Source: Limisphaerales bacterium
GTDB taxonomy: Bacteria > Verrucomicrobiota > Verrucomicrobiia > Limisphaerales > UBA11358
NCBI GenBank assembly: GCA_025362675.1
Contig: JANYFN010000226.1
Span: 3,835-67,834 of the forward strand
DNA: 64,000 nt
Direction: 5' to 3'
Shown here: positions 19,966 to 30,526 of the stretch, in pieces
Numbering within the stretch: the first letter of the stretch is position 1
Layout of the letters: each line of letters begins with the position of its first letter
Notes under the pieces: model-generated
Seen by the model: the letters and a program-made list of their open reading frames with translations, nothing else
What the model was told of the DNA's origin: nothing
The model's database searches: none
Position numbers and translations under genes: made by a program

Positions 19966-22900
19966 TTTCCAGGAATGAGCAACCGGTAATAGCCCTGCGA
20001 CCAATCGGCGTTCGGCTGATTCGTCAGATTGAAATTACCGTTATTGTCGAATAGGTTGGTCAATAGACGCGGCCAGTTCGCCACAGGCGCAATGAGATTG
20101 TTCGTGCCGATCAAATAATACGTCGCGTTGGCGACGCCGCCCGTGCCACTCAACGCGAAGCCACCATCAGTCATGCCCATTCCGCCAATCAACGGCTTGG
20201 CAGTCACGACGACCGCGAGCGTGCCGTTGGTGTTGATTGAGTTCGTGCTCCAACCAAGTCCAGCCGGCAGCGAGGGCAAAATTAATTTGGCAAAACTTCC
20301 GGTGTAACTGGCAGCGTTGAAAAGTTTGAAAGTATCACCGCTCGCCAGCGGTGACGCCCCGAGGTTGGTCACGATCAAAGTGCCGCCGTTGGTGAGCGCG
20401 CCAAGAATTTTCGCGACGTCATTATTGAGCGGCAATTTGGCGATCTCAAAAATATTTGTGCAACCGGATGCGAGCGTGAGCGCGTTACTGAAGGTCAGCG
20501 TGCCGATGGACCCACCGGGTGCAAGCGTCGCCCCACTGCTGACCGTGAAATTACCTTTCACTGAACCGAAGCCAGAAATTTTCTTTCCGCCCGCCAGCGT
20601 CATGGAATTTGCCGTGGTGCCGCTCACATCAAAAAGCGCCGCGTTGGAGATGACGATATTCGCATTGGCGAACGCGCCGGCATTGGTCAGCGCCAAGACT
20701 CCGGTCTCGATGGTGACCGTTCCGCTAAACGTGTGCGCCTTGGTGAGCGCGAGCCGACCGGCACCGCGTTTCGTGAGATTTCCTGTGCCGCTTACGATTC
20801 CAAATCCGGAATCATCAATCGCATCGCTACGATTGAGAGCGAGCGTGGCGTTGTCCGTGATATTGCCAGAACCGATCGTTCCCGCCGCGCCACCATTGCC
20901 GATTTGCAGTGTGCCAGCGCTGATCGTCGTGCCGCTCGCGTAAGTATTCGTGTTGCCGGTCAGCGTCAGTGTTCCCGTGCCGACTTTGGTGAGCGAGTTA
21001 CCGTAGATGGCACCGCCGTAAGTGGAATCCAAATTTTTCGCGCCCACAGTCCAAGCAGTTCCGCTCATCGCCGCGAGTGTGCCGCCCGTCAAAGCACCGA
21101 GCGACACCGCCGCTCCGGCCGTAATGTGATACGCCGAGATGCGATCGGCGAGGTTTACGCTGGCATTGCCGTAACCATTGCCGTTGCCGATACGGAAATC
21201 ACCACCGGTGCTGCCGGTGCCGAGATTTAATTGTCCGGTGTAGGCGGACCAGTTGCCATCCAGTTCGGTGCGCACGTAGTAAATATTAAAATTCAAAGTG
21301 CCGCCGCCGGTGAGCGTGCCGTAGAGATTGCAACGGTCATCGCCAAAAATCGTCGCGGTGGAATTCGTCGGCACCATGACATTCCAGTAGCAAGTATCAT
21401 AGCTGCCGCTGTCGCTGAACATCGTGAGCGTGGCGTTGGAAATCGTGACGGTGGTGTTGCCGTTGCCACCGGGGCCGGGGCCCATGCCGTATTGATTGGC
21501 CGTGCCGCCGCCGAGCGAAACGTTCCCGCCGTAAATAAAAGTTGGGCCGGTATACGTGTTGTTGACGCTCAGGGCGAGCGTGCCGGCGCCGGCTTTTTGT
21601 AACGCGCCGCTGCCGGTGATGACGCCGGCGATGGTCAATTGATCCGTGCCATTCGTCACGTCAATCGTATTCGTGCCGGAATTAATGGTGAGGCCGCGAT
21701 CCGTGTAAGACTCGCCGGCGATGCGCAACGTGGCATTGCCGGACATAATTAAATTTGTCGAGCCGCCGGGCGGATTGCCAAGCGGACTCGGGAAACCAAC
21801 GGCGTCGAGTTCGCTGACGACGAGGGTGCCGCCGGCTAAAACGGTTTTGCCGGTGAAGGAATTATTCAGCGCGGAAATCGTGAGCGTGCCGGAATTCGTT
21901 TTCGTCAAGCCTGCCGGACCAATAATGCTGCCGCTGCCGGTGAGGGTGTAATTGTTCGCCGCGTCCACGACGAGATTGGAGCAGACCAAAGAACCCGCGA
22001 GCGTCACCGTCGAGTTAGCGGCGCCGGTGCTGTCGAAACGCACGGCGTCGTTCGGCGCGAACTGATTCAGCGCCGCCGCGTTCAGCCAGTTGGACGATGT
22101 GAGCAAGTCCCAGGCGTTGCCGCCATTGCCCCCGCTCCAGGTGAGCGTGGTCGGCGCGCGAAAACTTTTTATGACAAGTGCGATTTGTCCCGGTGGATTT
22201 GTGAGCGCGATGGGAATTCCGGTGAGACCGGACACGATAAAATTATTCAGGGTGCCGCTGAACGTGCCGGTATAATTCACGAGCGGATAAACACTCCCGG
22301 GCGGCAAGGACGCATCGAGCTTGCGAATGACAATCGTGTTCGTGCCGGTGACGGTGAGGTTGCCGTTGATCACGAGCAGATCATTCGTTTTCGTGGCACC
22401 GCTCGCGTCGTCGGATAAATCAAAATCATTCAACGTGCGGCCGTTCAGCGCGACATTGTTCGCGATGGTGAGCGTGCCGGGAGAATTAGTCCCCTGCCCT
22501 GGCGAAACGCCCGCGCCTTCAAAAATTGAAACCGCCGAACCGACCACGCCGTTGCCGCCGAGTCGGCCATCGAGCCACACGCCGCCGCGCACAGTGACGG
22601 GCGAATTCGGTAGCGCACCATTGATGATGAATGAACCTTCGCTGATAAGCGTCTTGCCGGTGAAATTATTGGTGCCGTTGAACGTGACTTTGCCCGCGCC
22701 AGCCTTGGTTAATTTCATTGCGCCATCCAGCGAACCGTTACTGCTGTCGAACGTGAAATTTTTCGGCGCGTGAATCCGCACGTCGCCGGGCGTGAGCGAA
22801 CCGACGAGCGCGATGGCGGCATTGTTCGAGCCAGTGAGATCGAAGAGCACGGTGTCGCCGACATTAAACGGCGCGGGATTCGTGTTGGCATTACCGACGT

Positions 22901-24827
22901 AAAACCAGTTCGTGCGCCAATTCGCAGTGGCTGCGGTGTCCCAGACATTCACGCCATCGCCGTGCCAGACGAGTTTGGCAGAGGAGACCGGTGGTGTGGG
23001 CGGCGGCGGCATTTCGTTGCCGAGAAAATAATCCACATAGCTCGCCTGATAATAACCTTTGCAAGTGCATTGATCGCGATAGGCGGGATTTTGCATCAGG
23101 CAATAGAGGCGGTTCGTCGCTTGTATTTTCGTGGTATAGACGCGCAGCTCGGAATAATCGTTGGCGGTGATCACGAGCTCTTCACGCCAATCGCCGAGAA
23201 TGTCGCCCCAGAACGCGGCGCGTCCGCCGTAGGCATTGTGGATGGTATAAGCACCGTTCGTGCTGCCGTCGTTATACATGGTGAAGAGGCGATCCACGTT
23301 GCCGTTGCTCGGATTGTATTTGGTGATGATGGGATTGATGGCACCGGAGCCAGCGCCGTCATACAATTCACGGCCAAGGTCGGCGTCCCACCAGAGCGCT
23401 TCCGGCGGCCAGATGTTGTTCGCAAAAATCTGGTTGCCCTTGCAATCGAAAATTCCCGGCTGCGTGGAATAAAATTCCAGCCCGCGATGTGCCGGGTCCA
23501 AGTCCAGCGTCGTGCCGCGACCCACGTCGGTGATCACGGACGAATACCATTTCTTGATGATCGAACCGTTGTTCATGTCAATGAAAGCGGTGGCGAGTAA
23601 CGTCGGATTCAACTGTTGGATCGAAAACATTTCCAGCCCCGGACGGTCGGGATCAATGTCCGTGAGATGAAAGCGATCGCCGTGAACAAGCTCCGTATCA
23701 AAGAGCGGCTGGCCATTCACGCCGTTCAAAACTGAGCCGACATCAATCGCATCATCAATGCCGTCGTGGTTCACATCCATGATGCGGATCTGGTGGCCCC
23801 AAGATTCGTTTGCGCCAGTCGCCGGCGTGTGAAACCAGCGGCGCGTCAACTGGCCGTTGCGATAATCGTAGGTCATGGACTCACGCTGAAATGCTTGCGC
23901 GGCATTCCGGTTTTCGCTGCGGATCAAAAGGCTGGGACGAATGCCGTCGGCATACATGATCCCGAAATGGGAGTTCATCGGGCCATCGCCGGGCCACATA
24001 TTGGTCAGCGTCGTGCGCGCGAGTTCGTGTCCGGTCATGCCGTCGAGGATGGAAAGATATTGCGTCGTGTCATCCGGTCCGGTGATGGTCGTGCCATCGG
24101 GCAACACCACGCCGCGCGCGGTGCGGATGCAAACCTCCGCTTTGCCGTCGCCGTCCAAATCATAAACCGTCACGCAATCGCCGTGACCGATGCTGATGGC
24201 CGAGGCTCCCGGCTCAATGTTGTATTGATTCGTGCTGTTGTAACCGCAGTCCAGTTGCCAGAGAAACGTGCCGTCGCGTTTGTAGGCTTGGAGAAATTCA
24301 TTCGTAGCGATCGTTGTGGAAATGCGGTCCACCACGTAATCATATTCGCCATCGCCATCGAGATCGCCGACCCAGCAGAATTTCACATCGAACGGCGCAC
24401 CGGGACCGGTGATGGCGCGCAGCGGCCACGAGAGATATTGGCGCACGGCGGAATTGGCCGCGAGCCCACTCGCCGCGCTCGGGGTGGCTTCCGCGCCATT
24501 GGTGACGGCCACGACATACCACGCATTCGAAAGTGTGAAATTCGCGGTGGTATCGAGATAGTCCGTGGTGTTGGTTAGCGGAAGAGAATTTAACTTCACA
24601 GCCAACGCACCATTCACCGAACGGTAAAGATTGAAGCCCACATCCGTCGGATCCGTTGCGAGCAAACGCCAGCCGATGTAAGCCTGCGATGTGGCGGAAT
24701 GCAGCGTCACGACCCCGCGCCCAAGCCGTTCCATCTGCCGTTGCGCTAAGAGCGGATGCACGACTGACAAAAAGATCACCACCACGAGGAGACGACGAAG
24801 TGTAGCGGCGTTAAAAAACGGGTTCAT
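19962..24827 (-). CDS. Giant secreted protein: N-terminal PL11-like rhamnogalacturonan lyase beta-propeller fused to a long array of autotransporter-associated beta-strand (PATR) repeats
   Basis: 1621 aa with a signal peptide. PL11-like Ca-site repeats are present (WVGDLDGDGEYDYVVDR, VYDLDGDGKAEV, IMDVNHDGIDD, GDILGDWREELV...LRVYTT). These are followed by more than 10 units of G-GxLxKxGxGxLxLxGxNTYTGxT. There is no C-terminal autotransporter barrel; the protein ends in a W...YYRL module. Confidence 0.75.
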   Translation of the reverse strand: MNPFFNAATLRRLLVVVIFLSVVHPLLAQRQMERLGRGVVTLHSATSQAYIGWRLLATDPTDVGFNLYRSVNGALAVKLNSLPLTNTTDYLDTTANFTLSNAWYVVAVTNGAEATPSAASGLAANSAVRQYLSWPLRAITGPGAPFDVKFCWVGDLDGDGEYDYVVDRISTTIATNEFLQAYKRDGTFLWQLDCGYNSTNQYNIEPGASAISIGHGDCVTVYDLDGDGKAEVCIRTARGVVLPDGTTITGPDDTTQYLSILDGMTGHELARTTLTNMWPGDGPMNSHFGIMYADGIRPSLLIRSENRNAAQAFQRESMTYDYRNGQLTRRWFHTPATGANESWGHQIRIMDVNHDGIDDAIDVGSVLNGVNGQPLFDTELVHGDRFHLTDIDPDRPGLEMFSIQQLNPTLLATAFIDMNNGSIIKKWYSSVITDVGRGTTLDLDPAHRGLEFYSTQPGIFDCKGNQIFANNIWPPEALWWDADLGRELYDGAGSGAINPIITKYNPSNGNVDRLFTMYNDGSTNGAYTIHNAYGGRAAFWGDILGDWREELVITANDYSELRVYTTKIQATNRLYCLMQNPAYRDQCTCKGYYQASYVDYFLGNEMPPPPTPPVSSAKLVWHGDGVNVWDTAATANWRTNWFYVGNANTNPAPFNVGDTVLFDLTGSNNAAIALVGSLTPGDVRIHAPKNFTFDSSNGSLDGAMKLTKAGAGKVTFNGTNNFTGKTLISEGSFIINGALPNSPVTVRGGVWLDGRLGGNGVVGSAVSIFEGAGVSPGQGTNSPGTLTIANNVALNGRTLNDFDLSDDASGATKTNDLLVINGNLTVTGTNTIVIRKLDASLPPGSVYPLVNYTGTFSGTLNNFIVSGLTGIPIALTNPPGQIALVIKSFRAPTTLTWSGGNGGNAWDLLTSSNWLNAAALNQFAPNDAVRFDSTGAANSTVTLAGSLVCSNLVVDAANNYTLTGSGSIIGPAGLTKTNSGTLTISALNNSFTGKTVLAGGTLVVSELDAVGFPSPLGNPPGGSTNLIMSGNATLRIAGESYTDRGLTINSGTNTIDVTNGTDQLTIAGVITGSGALQKAGAGTLALSVNNTYTGPTFIYGGNVSLGGGTANQYGMGPGPGGNGNTTVTISNATLTMFSDSGSYDTCYWNVMVPTNSTATIFGDDRCNLYGTLTGGGTLNFNIYYVRTELDGNWSAYTGQLNLGTGSTGGDFRIGNGNGYGNASVNLADRISAYHITAGAAVSLGALTGGTLAAMSGTAWTVGAKNLDSTYGGAIYGNSLTKVGTGTLTLTGNTNTYASGTTISAGTLQIGNGGAAGTIGSGNITDNATLALNRSDAIDDSGFGIVSGTGNLTKRGAGRLALTKAHTFSGTVTIETGVLALTNAGAFANANIVISNAALFDVSGTTANSMTLAGGKKISGFGSVKGNFTVSSGATLAPGGSIGTLTFSNALTLASGCTNIFEIAKLPLNNDVAKILGALTNGGTLIVTNLGASPLASGDTFKLFNAASYTGSFAKLILPSLPAGLGWSTNSINTNGTLAVVVTAKPLIGGMGMTDGGFALSGTGGVANATYYLIGTNNLIAPVANWPRLLTNLFDNNGNFNLTNQPNADWSQGYYRLLIPGN

Positions 24828-24914
24828 TTGAATCGAAATAATCTAACCTATTTCCCATGAAACCATATCGCCGAAACTGGTGACGGCACAGCGGTTTCCG
24901 ATCGAGCACCGCCG

Positions 24915-26075
24915 CTACGCTACCAGCCGCTGCCAGAGCCAGACCGACGCCACCAAAATGACCGCCCCAGAGATCACGCGCGCACCGTGGCGCGCAAACC
25001 ACGGCCACTGATTCAACAGCAGCAATAACGGCAACACCAAGGCGGCGACGCTCAGTTGCCCGATTTCCACGCCGACATTAAAGGCGAGGAGTGGTTTGAT
25101 GATTTCGGCGCCAGTTCCCGCCAAACCACTTTCGCGCAGCGCGCTCGCAAAACCAAAGCCGTGGATCAAACCGAAGCCGCAGGTCAACGCATACCGGGGC
25201 CATGACTTTTCAGCGCTACGAAAATTTTCCAGTGCCACAAAAATGATGGAGGCCGCAATCATCGGCTCAACGATGCGCGGAGAAATTTGCACCACGTTCA
25301 ACGCCGCCAGCGCTAACGTGAGCGAATGCGCCACGGTGAAACCAGTGATGACAAGCAGCATCGGTTTCAATCGGCGGCAGCCGAGCAGCAACGCGACGAG
25401 AAACAGCAGATGATCAAACGCCTCGACATTCAGAATGTGACCGATGCCGAGCTTTAGAAATTCCGTAAACGATGGCGTGGTATTTTTCTCCGGGGTGGCG
25501 GTGGAAATTATTTCGGATGTTGGATTGGTAGCCGGCCCCCTCACCCTGCCTTCGGCCACCCTCTCTCCCGCTGGGGGCGAGGGAAGCACAAATTCCGCGA
25601 CCTCCTTGCCCGGCGCGAGGATCGCGCTGCCGAGGATGTTCCCGTTCTCATCTGTCAGCACGAGCGACACGGTGCGGGAGCCGTTCAGCGCGGGGAGAAA
25701 TTTTGATTCCAGCCGCAAGTTTTTTGTCGGTGCGAGCGCGTAATCAAAATGAAATTCAAATTCAATTCCGTCCGTGATGACATCGGCTGCGCGTGGTTGG
25801 AGGATTTTCCCATCGGTGCTCGTCGCAAAAAAATTCGTGACCAGCTCCGGGTTCAGCGCGAAAGGATGGCCATTCGGCAACTGCCCCGGCGTGAGTTGTC
25901 CGACCGCGAGAAATTTTTCCGCCAGCGCCGAGCCGACGGTGACACTGACCTCGGCGGCATCCGCGTGAACGATAACCCGACTGCTGGCATCAAACGGCGC
26001 GTGGGCAAAACCATTTGGCGCGAGCAAAAATGCCGCGAGCGAAATGACGGTGAAAAACGGCGCGCGTGGATTCAT
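24915..26075 (-). CDS. HupE/UreJ-family membrane protein (long form with N-terminal periplasmic domain)
   Basis: 386 aa with a signal peptide. The C-terminal TM bundle carries HILNVEAFDHLLFLVALLL, TVAHSLTL and GLIHGFGFA. Confidence 0.7.
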   Translation of the reverse strand: MNPRAPFFTVISLAAFLLAPNGFAHAPFDASSRVIVHADAAEVSVTVGSALAEKFLAVGQLTPGQLPNGHPFALNPELVTNFFATSTDGKILQPRAADVITDGIEFEFHFDYALAPTKNLRLESKFLPALNGSRTVSLVLTDENGNILGSAILAPGKEVAEFVLPSPPAGERVAEGRVRGPATNPTSEIISTATPEKNTTPSFTEFLKLGIGHILNVEAFDHLLFLVALLLGCRRLKPMLLVITGFTVAHSLTLALAALNVVQISPRIVEPMIAASIIFVALENFRSAEKSWPRYALTCGFGLIHGFGFASALRESGLAGTGAEIIKPLLAFNVGVEIGQLSVAALVLPLLLLLNQWPWFARHGARVISGAVILVASVWLWQRLVA

Positions 26076-26122
26076 CTGGTTGCACTGAATGCTAACGGAA
26101 AATCTTTCAGTCTATCTGTTGG

Positions 26123-26608
26123 CTAGGTGTCGGTCTTGCAATGCGTATCAATCTGTTTCTCCAACTTCTCGATTGAACCAGCCAACGCCCGCAGGTGCTT
26201 GGAGTGCATTTCCAAATGCGTGTCGCTGCCCTTATTGGTGTAAGCTCCAATCAACTCACATATCTCATCATGGCCGCTCAACCGCGCCGTCGTAAACGGC
26301 AAATCGCCTGCCGTGCGAGCAAATGGATCAGCACCGCTCTGAAGCAAAAGCCTTGCAATCTCCTTGTGACCGAACGAGCATGCTTTGTGAAGCGGAGTGA
26401 ACCCTTCCTCCCCTTTCTGATTCACGTTGATACTGTGAGCCACAAGAATCTTCGCAGCCTCGTAGTCGCCCCAAACAATTACACAGTGTAGCGCATTATC
26501 GCCGAGCGCATTCGTCGCGTTGATGTCAGCGAAGTCAACGTAACCGAAATCCGCGGTCTGCTTCACTCGCTCTAAAATTGCTTTTACTTCGGCATGCATA
26601 GAGGACAC
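26123..26608 (-). CDS. Ankyrin-repeat protein
   Basis: 161 aa. Three ANK units were recognised (GDNALHCVIVWGDYEAAKILV, GFTPLHKACSFGHKEIARLLLQSGADP, LPFTTARLSGHDEI). Confidence 0.8.
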   Translation of the reverse strand: MSSMHAEVKAILERVKQTADFGYVDFADINATNALGDNALHCVIVWGDYEAAKILVAHSINVNQKGEEGFTPLHKACSFGHKEIARLLLQSGADPFARTAGDLPFTTARLSGHDEICELIGAYTNKGSDTHLEMHSKHLRALAGSIEKLEKQIDTHCKTDT

Positions 26609-26678
26609 CTAACCATTAATTCCACGGTAGGATTTTGCACCTTGTCTCGCCTCGTGATTATTCCCAATTGGGTTTGTC

Positions 26679-27578
26679 TCACGTCCACAATTTTTCCGGA
26701 TAATCGCCCTTCACGATCAGCTTACGGATGCTCTCGACGACTTGCGGGCGGTCTTCGCGATACGTCACACCGAACCACGAGTCGGACGAGCGCAGCACTT
26801 TGCATTTCGCGCGGCCAGAAGTGACGAGGTCGCCCACGGTGGCGGGGATGTAGCACTCGGATTTCTGCGCGCCACCGGCGCGCTGGAGAAATTTTTCAAA
26901 CTCCACGCGGAGCTGCGGGAACAGGGCGGGCGTGAAGCCCCAGAAATTCATCGAGACGGCTTCGTCGCCGGTGAGCTTCGTGATTTTGCCGTCGGGGCCG
27001 GTGTCTTTCGCGCCGCTGCCGTCACGGTCAATCTTCATCATCTCGACGATGTTTGTGAGATAATTATTTCCGTCCACCCGCGAAACGCCGCGTGCCACGG
27101 TGCCAAAATCGGAAAGAGTGTTCTTCAAAATAAATCCGACCATCGCGTAATCCGGCGTGCCGCTGATGAGATGTTGCGCGAGCAGTTTGTAGGCGTGCTG
27201 TCCGTAAAAATCATCGGCGTTGATGGCGGCGAAATTTTCCTTCACCACGCCTTCGGCCATGAGAATCGCGTGCGTGGTGCCCCACGGTTTCGTGCGGCCA
27301 GCGGGCAACGTGTGCGGCGCGGGCAATTTATCCAGTTCCTGATAGGCGTATTCCACGGCGATGCGTTTTTCAAAACGCGTGCCGACAATTTCGCGAAATT
27401 GTTGTTCGATGTCTTTGCGGATGACGAACACGAGTTTGCCAAAACCGGCGCGCATCGCGTCGAAGATGGAGTAGTCAATAATGGTCTCGCCGTTCGGGCC
27501 AACGGGATCAATTTGTTTAAGTCCGCCATAACGGCTGCCCATGCCAGCGGCGAGAACGAGTAAAGTCGGTTTTGTCAT
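26679..27578 (-). CDS. Sugar-1-phosphate nucleotidyltransferase family protein
   Basis: 299 aa. The N-terminal LVLAAGMGSRYGGLKQ matches the NTP-transferase G-loop. Sugar specificity cannot be assigned. Confidence 0.7.
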   Translation of the reverse strand: MTKPTLLVLAAGMGSRYGGLKQIDPVGPNGETIIDYSIFDAMRAGFGKLVFVIRKDIEQQFREIVGTRFEKRIAVEYAYQELDKLPAPHTLPAGRTKPWGTTHAILMAEGVVKENFAAINADDFYGQHAYKLLAQHLISGTPDYAMVGFILKNTLSDFGTVARGVSRVDGNNYLTNIVEMMKIDRDGSGAKDTGPDGKITKLTGDEAVSMNFWGFTPALFPQLRVEFEKFLQRAGGAQKSECYIPATVGDLVTSGRAKCKVLRSSDSWFGVTYREDRPQVVESIRKLIVKGDYPEKLWT

Positions 27579-27759
27579 GCGCGAGAATTTTAATTTTCCG
27601 GCGCGTATTGTCGAGAAAACGATTTGGCCACAGAAAAGTTAAGGCAGTAGATTGGTTGGCCACAAACAACCCATGGCAAGTATTGAGCAATTTCGGGGCA
27701 GTCGCGCCGTCGCGTCCCTGCGATTTTAAAGGTGTTGATAGAAACTAGCTCACACTAAT

Positions 27760-30516
27760 ATGACGACCATTTCTGATCCTCCTTCCGGCATTGAAGCCGC
27801 TCACGATATCCTGCACCAATCCCGCCGCCGCGCGCTCGATCCGATTTTGTCACCGCGCTCGATCGCCGTGATCGGGGCCACGGAACGTAAACGCAGCGTG
27901 GGGCGAACGGTTTTGAGCAATCTGGTGGCGGGCGGTTTTCCGGGAAAAATTTATCCGGTCAATCCGATTCAAGAAACGATTCTCGGCCTGCACGCGTTTG
28001 CCAATGTCGCCGCGCTGCCGGAAAAACCCGATCTCGCCATCATCATCACGCCGCCGAAAACGGTGCCGGGAATTATTCGCGAATGTGCAGCGGCGGGGAT
28101 TCATGGCGTGATCATCATCTCCGCCGGATTCAAAGAAACGGGCGAGGCGGGCGCAGAACTGGAACGTGAAATTTTAGCGGAAGCGCGGCGTGGTAATATC
28201 CGGATCGTCGGCCCGAACTGCCTCGGCGTGATGGTGCCGGGACATAAATTTAATGCGACGTTTGCGGCGGACATGGCGAAACCGGGCAACGTCGGCTTCA
28301 TTAGCCAGAGCGGCGCACTCTGCACGGCTATTCTTGACTGGAGCTTGAAAGAGAATGTCGGCTTCAGCGCCTTCGTCTCGCTCGGCTCGATGCTCGACGT
28401 GAGCTGGGGCGATTTAATTTATCATCTCGGAGATGATCCGAACACCAAGAGCATTGTCATCTACATGGAATCAATTGGCGATGCGCGCGCTTTCTTATCC
28501 GCCGCGCGCGAAGTGGCGTTGACCAAACCGATCATCATCATCAAGCCTGGACGCACCGCTGCAGCCGCGAAAGCCGCCGCGTCGCACACCGGTTCGCTGA
28601 CGGGTAGCGACGAAGTTTTGCAAGCCGCGTTCCAACGCGTCGGCGTTTTGCGGGTGGATACGATTTCTGAATTATTTGACATGGCCGAAGTGTTGGCCAA
28701 ACAACCGCGCCCCAAAGGTCCGCGTCTCACCATCGTCACCAACGCCGGCGGTCCGGGTGTGCTCGCGACGGATATGCTCATCGGCAGTGGCGGGCAACTA
28801 GCCGATCTCACAGCGGAAACAATGTTGGGGTTGAACCAAATTTTACCACCGACGTGGAGTCATAATAATCCGGTGGATATCATCGGCGACGCCGGCCCGG
28901 ATCTCTACGCGAAGGCCGTGGACCTTGTGGCAAAAGATCCGAACACCGATGGCTTGCTCGTGATTCTCACGCCGCAATCCATGACGGACTCAACGGCCAC
29001 CGCCGAAGAATTGGTCGCCTTCGCGCACATCGAAGGCAAGCCGATCATCGCGAGTTGGATGGGCGTGGGCCAAGTGGAAAAAGGTGAGGAAATTCTTAAT
29101 GCCGCAAAAATTCCCACGTTCAAATATCCCGACCGGGCGGCCAAAGCGTTTTATTACATGTGGAGTTATACGGAAAACTTGCGCTCACTCTACGAAACGC
29201 CGCAGCTGCCGTTGCAGAGTGCGAATGGCTACATTGACCGCCCCGCCGCTGCGAAAATTATCAACGCCGTGCGCAATGACGGACGCACGATCCTCACCGA
29301 GTTTGAATCCAAAGCGTTGTTGGCCACCTACAGCATCCCGATTGTGGAAACTCACATCGCGCTCACCGAGAGCGATGCCGTCAAAGAAGCGGCGCGGCTG
29401 GGTTTCCCGGTCGTGTTGAAATTACATTCCAAAACCATCACGCACAAAACGGATGTCGGCGGCGTGCAACTTAATTTGCGCACGGCTTCGGCGGTGCGTC
29501 AGGCGTGGAAAGCAATTGAATCTTCCTGCACCAAAAAAGCCGGCGCTGAACATTTTCAAGGCGTGACGGTGCAACCGATGATCAAGCTCGAAGGTTACGA
29601 AGTGATCCTCGGCAGCAGCGTCGATCCGCAATTCGGCCCGGTATTGTTATTCGGAACCGGTGGACAATTAGTAGAAGTTTACAAAGACCGCGCGCTCGGT
29701 TTGCCGCCGCTCAACGCCACGCTCGCGCGACGCATGATGGAGCGCACCAAAATTTTCACCGCGCTCAAAGGCGTGCGGGGCCGCAAGGCTTCGGACATCG
29801 GCGCGCTGGAACAATTGCTCGTGCGCTTCAGCCAGCTCGTCGTCGAGCAACCGTGGATTTCTGAAATCGACATCAATCCCCTGCTCGTCTCTTCGGAAAG
29901 AATTTTCGCCCTCGACGCGCGTGTCGTTTTGCACGACCTGAAAACGCCCGAATATAAATTGCCGCATCCGGCCATCCGGCCTTATCCGACCCAATATGTC
30001 ACGCCGTGGTTGATGAAGAATAAAGCCCCCGTGACCATCCGCCCAATCCGCCCCGAGGATGAACCGTTGATGGTGAAATTTCACGAAACCCTTTCGGAAG
30101 AAAGTGTCTATCACCGTTATTTCAGCGCCCTAAATCTTTCTCAACGCATCACGCACGAACGGCTCACGCGCATTTGTTTTAATGACTATGATCGCGAAAT
30201 CGCACTGGTCGCCGAAATCAAAACTCCCAAGGAAGAGAGCGGCGGAAAAATTCTCGGTGTCGGACGTTTGAGCCGCATCCACGGCACCAACGAGGCGGAA
30301 TTTGCCATCCTCATCAGCGACCATTCACAGAATCTCGGCCTCGGTTTAGAACTGCTTAAACAGCTCGTCGAAGTTGGTCGCGCCGAAAAAATGGACCGCA
30401 TCGTGGGCGAAATTCTGGCGGAAAACCATGCCATGCGGCACCTCTGCAAAAAACTTGGGTTCAAGGTCGTGGCCGATGCCGAGCAACGCACCTGCGCCGC
30501 CGTCTTCACATACTGA
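27760..30516 (+). CDS. NDP-forming acyl-CoA synthetase-like / C-terminal GNAT fusion (Pat-type architecture)
   Basis: 918 aa. Has a CoA-binding domain ([14 protein letters not shown]), a succinyl-CoA-ligase-like domain with SHTGSLTG, an ATP-grasp region, and a C-terminal GNAT (RYFS..., GLGLELL). Confidence 0.85.
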   Translation: MTTISDPPSGIEAAHDILHQSRRRALDPILSPRSIAVIGATERKRSVGRTVLSNLVAGGFPGKIYPVNPIQETILGLHAFANVAALPEKPDLAIIITPPKTVPGIIRECAAAGIHGVIIISAGFKETGEAGAELEREILAEARRGNIRIVGPNCLGVMVPGHKFNATFAADMAKPGNVGFISQSGALCTAILDWSLKENVGFSAFVSLGSMLDVSWGDLIYHLGDDPNTKSIVIYMESIGDARAFLSAAREVALTKPIIIIKPGRTAAAAKAAASHTGSLTGSDEVLQAAFQRVGVLRVDTISELFDMAEVLAKQPRPKGPRLTIVTNAGGPGVLATDMLIGSGGQLADLTAETMLGLNQILPPTWSHNNPVDIIGDAGPDLYAKAVDLVAKDPNTDGLLVILTPQSMTDSTATAEELVAFAHIEGKPIIASWMGVGQVEKGEEILNAAKIPTFKYPDRAAKAFYYMWSYTENLRSLYETPQLPLQSANGYIDRPAAAKIINAVRNDGRTILTEFESKALLATYSIPIVETHIALTESDAVKEAARLGFPVVLKLHSKTITHKTDVGGVQLNLRTASAVRQAWKAIESSCTKKAGAEHFQGVTVQPMIKLEGYEVILGSSVDPQFGPVLLFGTGGQLVEVYKDRALGLPPLNATLARRMMERTKIFTALKGVRGRKASDIGALEQLLVRFSQLVVEQPWISEIDINPLLVSSERIFALDARVVLHDLKTPEYKLPHPAIRPYPTQYVTPWLMKNKAPVTIRPIRPEDEPLMVKFHETLSEESVYHRYFSALNLSQRITHERLTRICFNDYDREIALVAEIKTPKEESGGKILGVGRLSRIHGTNEAEFAILISDHSQNLGLGLELLKQLVEVGRAEKMDRIVGEILAENHAMRHLCKKLGFKVVADAEQRTCAAVFTY

Positions 30517-30526
30517 ACACTGCATT

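Noticed and set aside
30374-30526. Upstream extension of the PFOR ORF (start at 30374).
   Set aside because: It overlaps the last ~140 nt of the ACS/GNAT gene and has non-protein-like sequence. ATG 30527 reproduces the canonical PFOR N-terminus.
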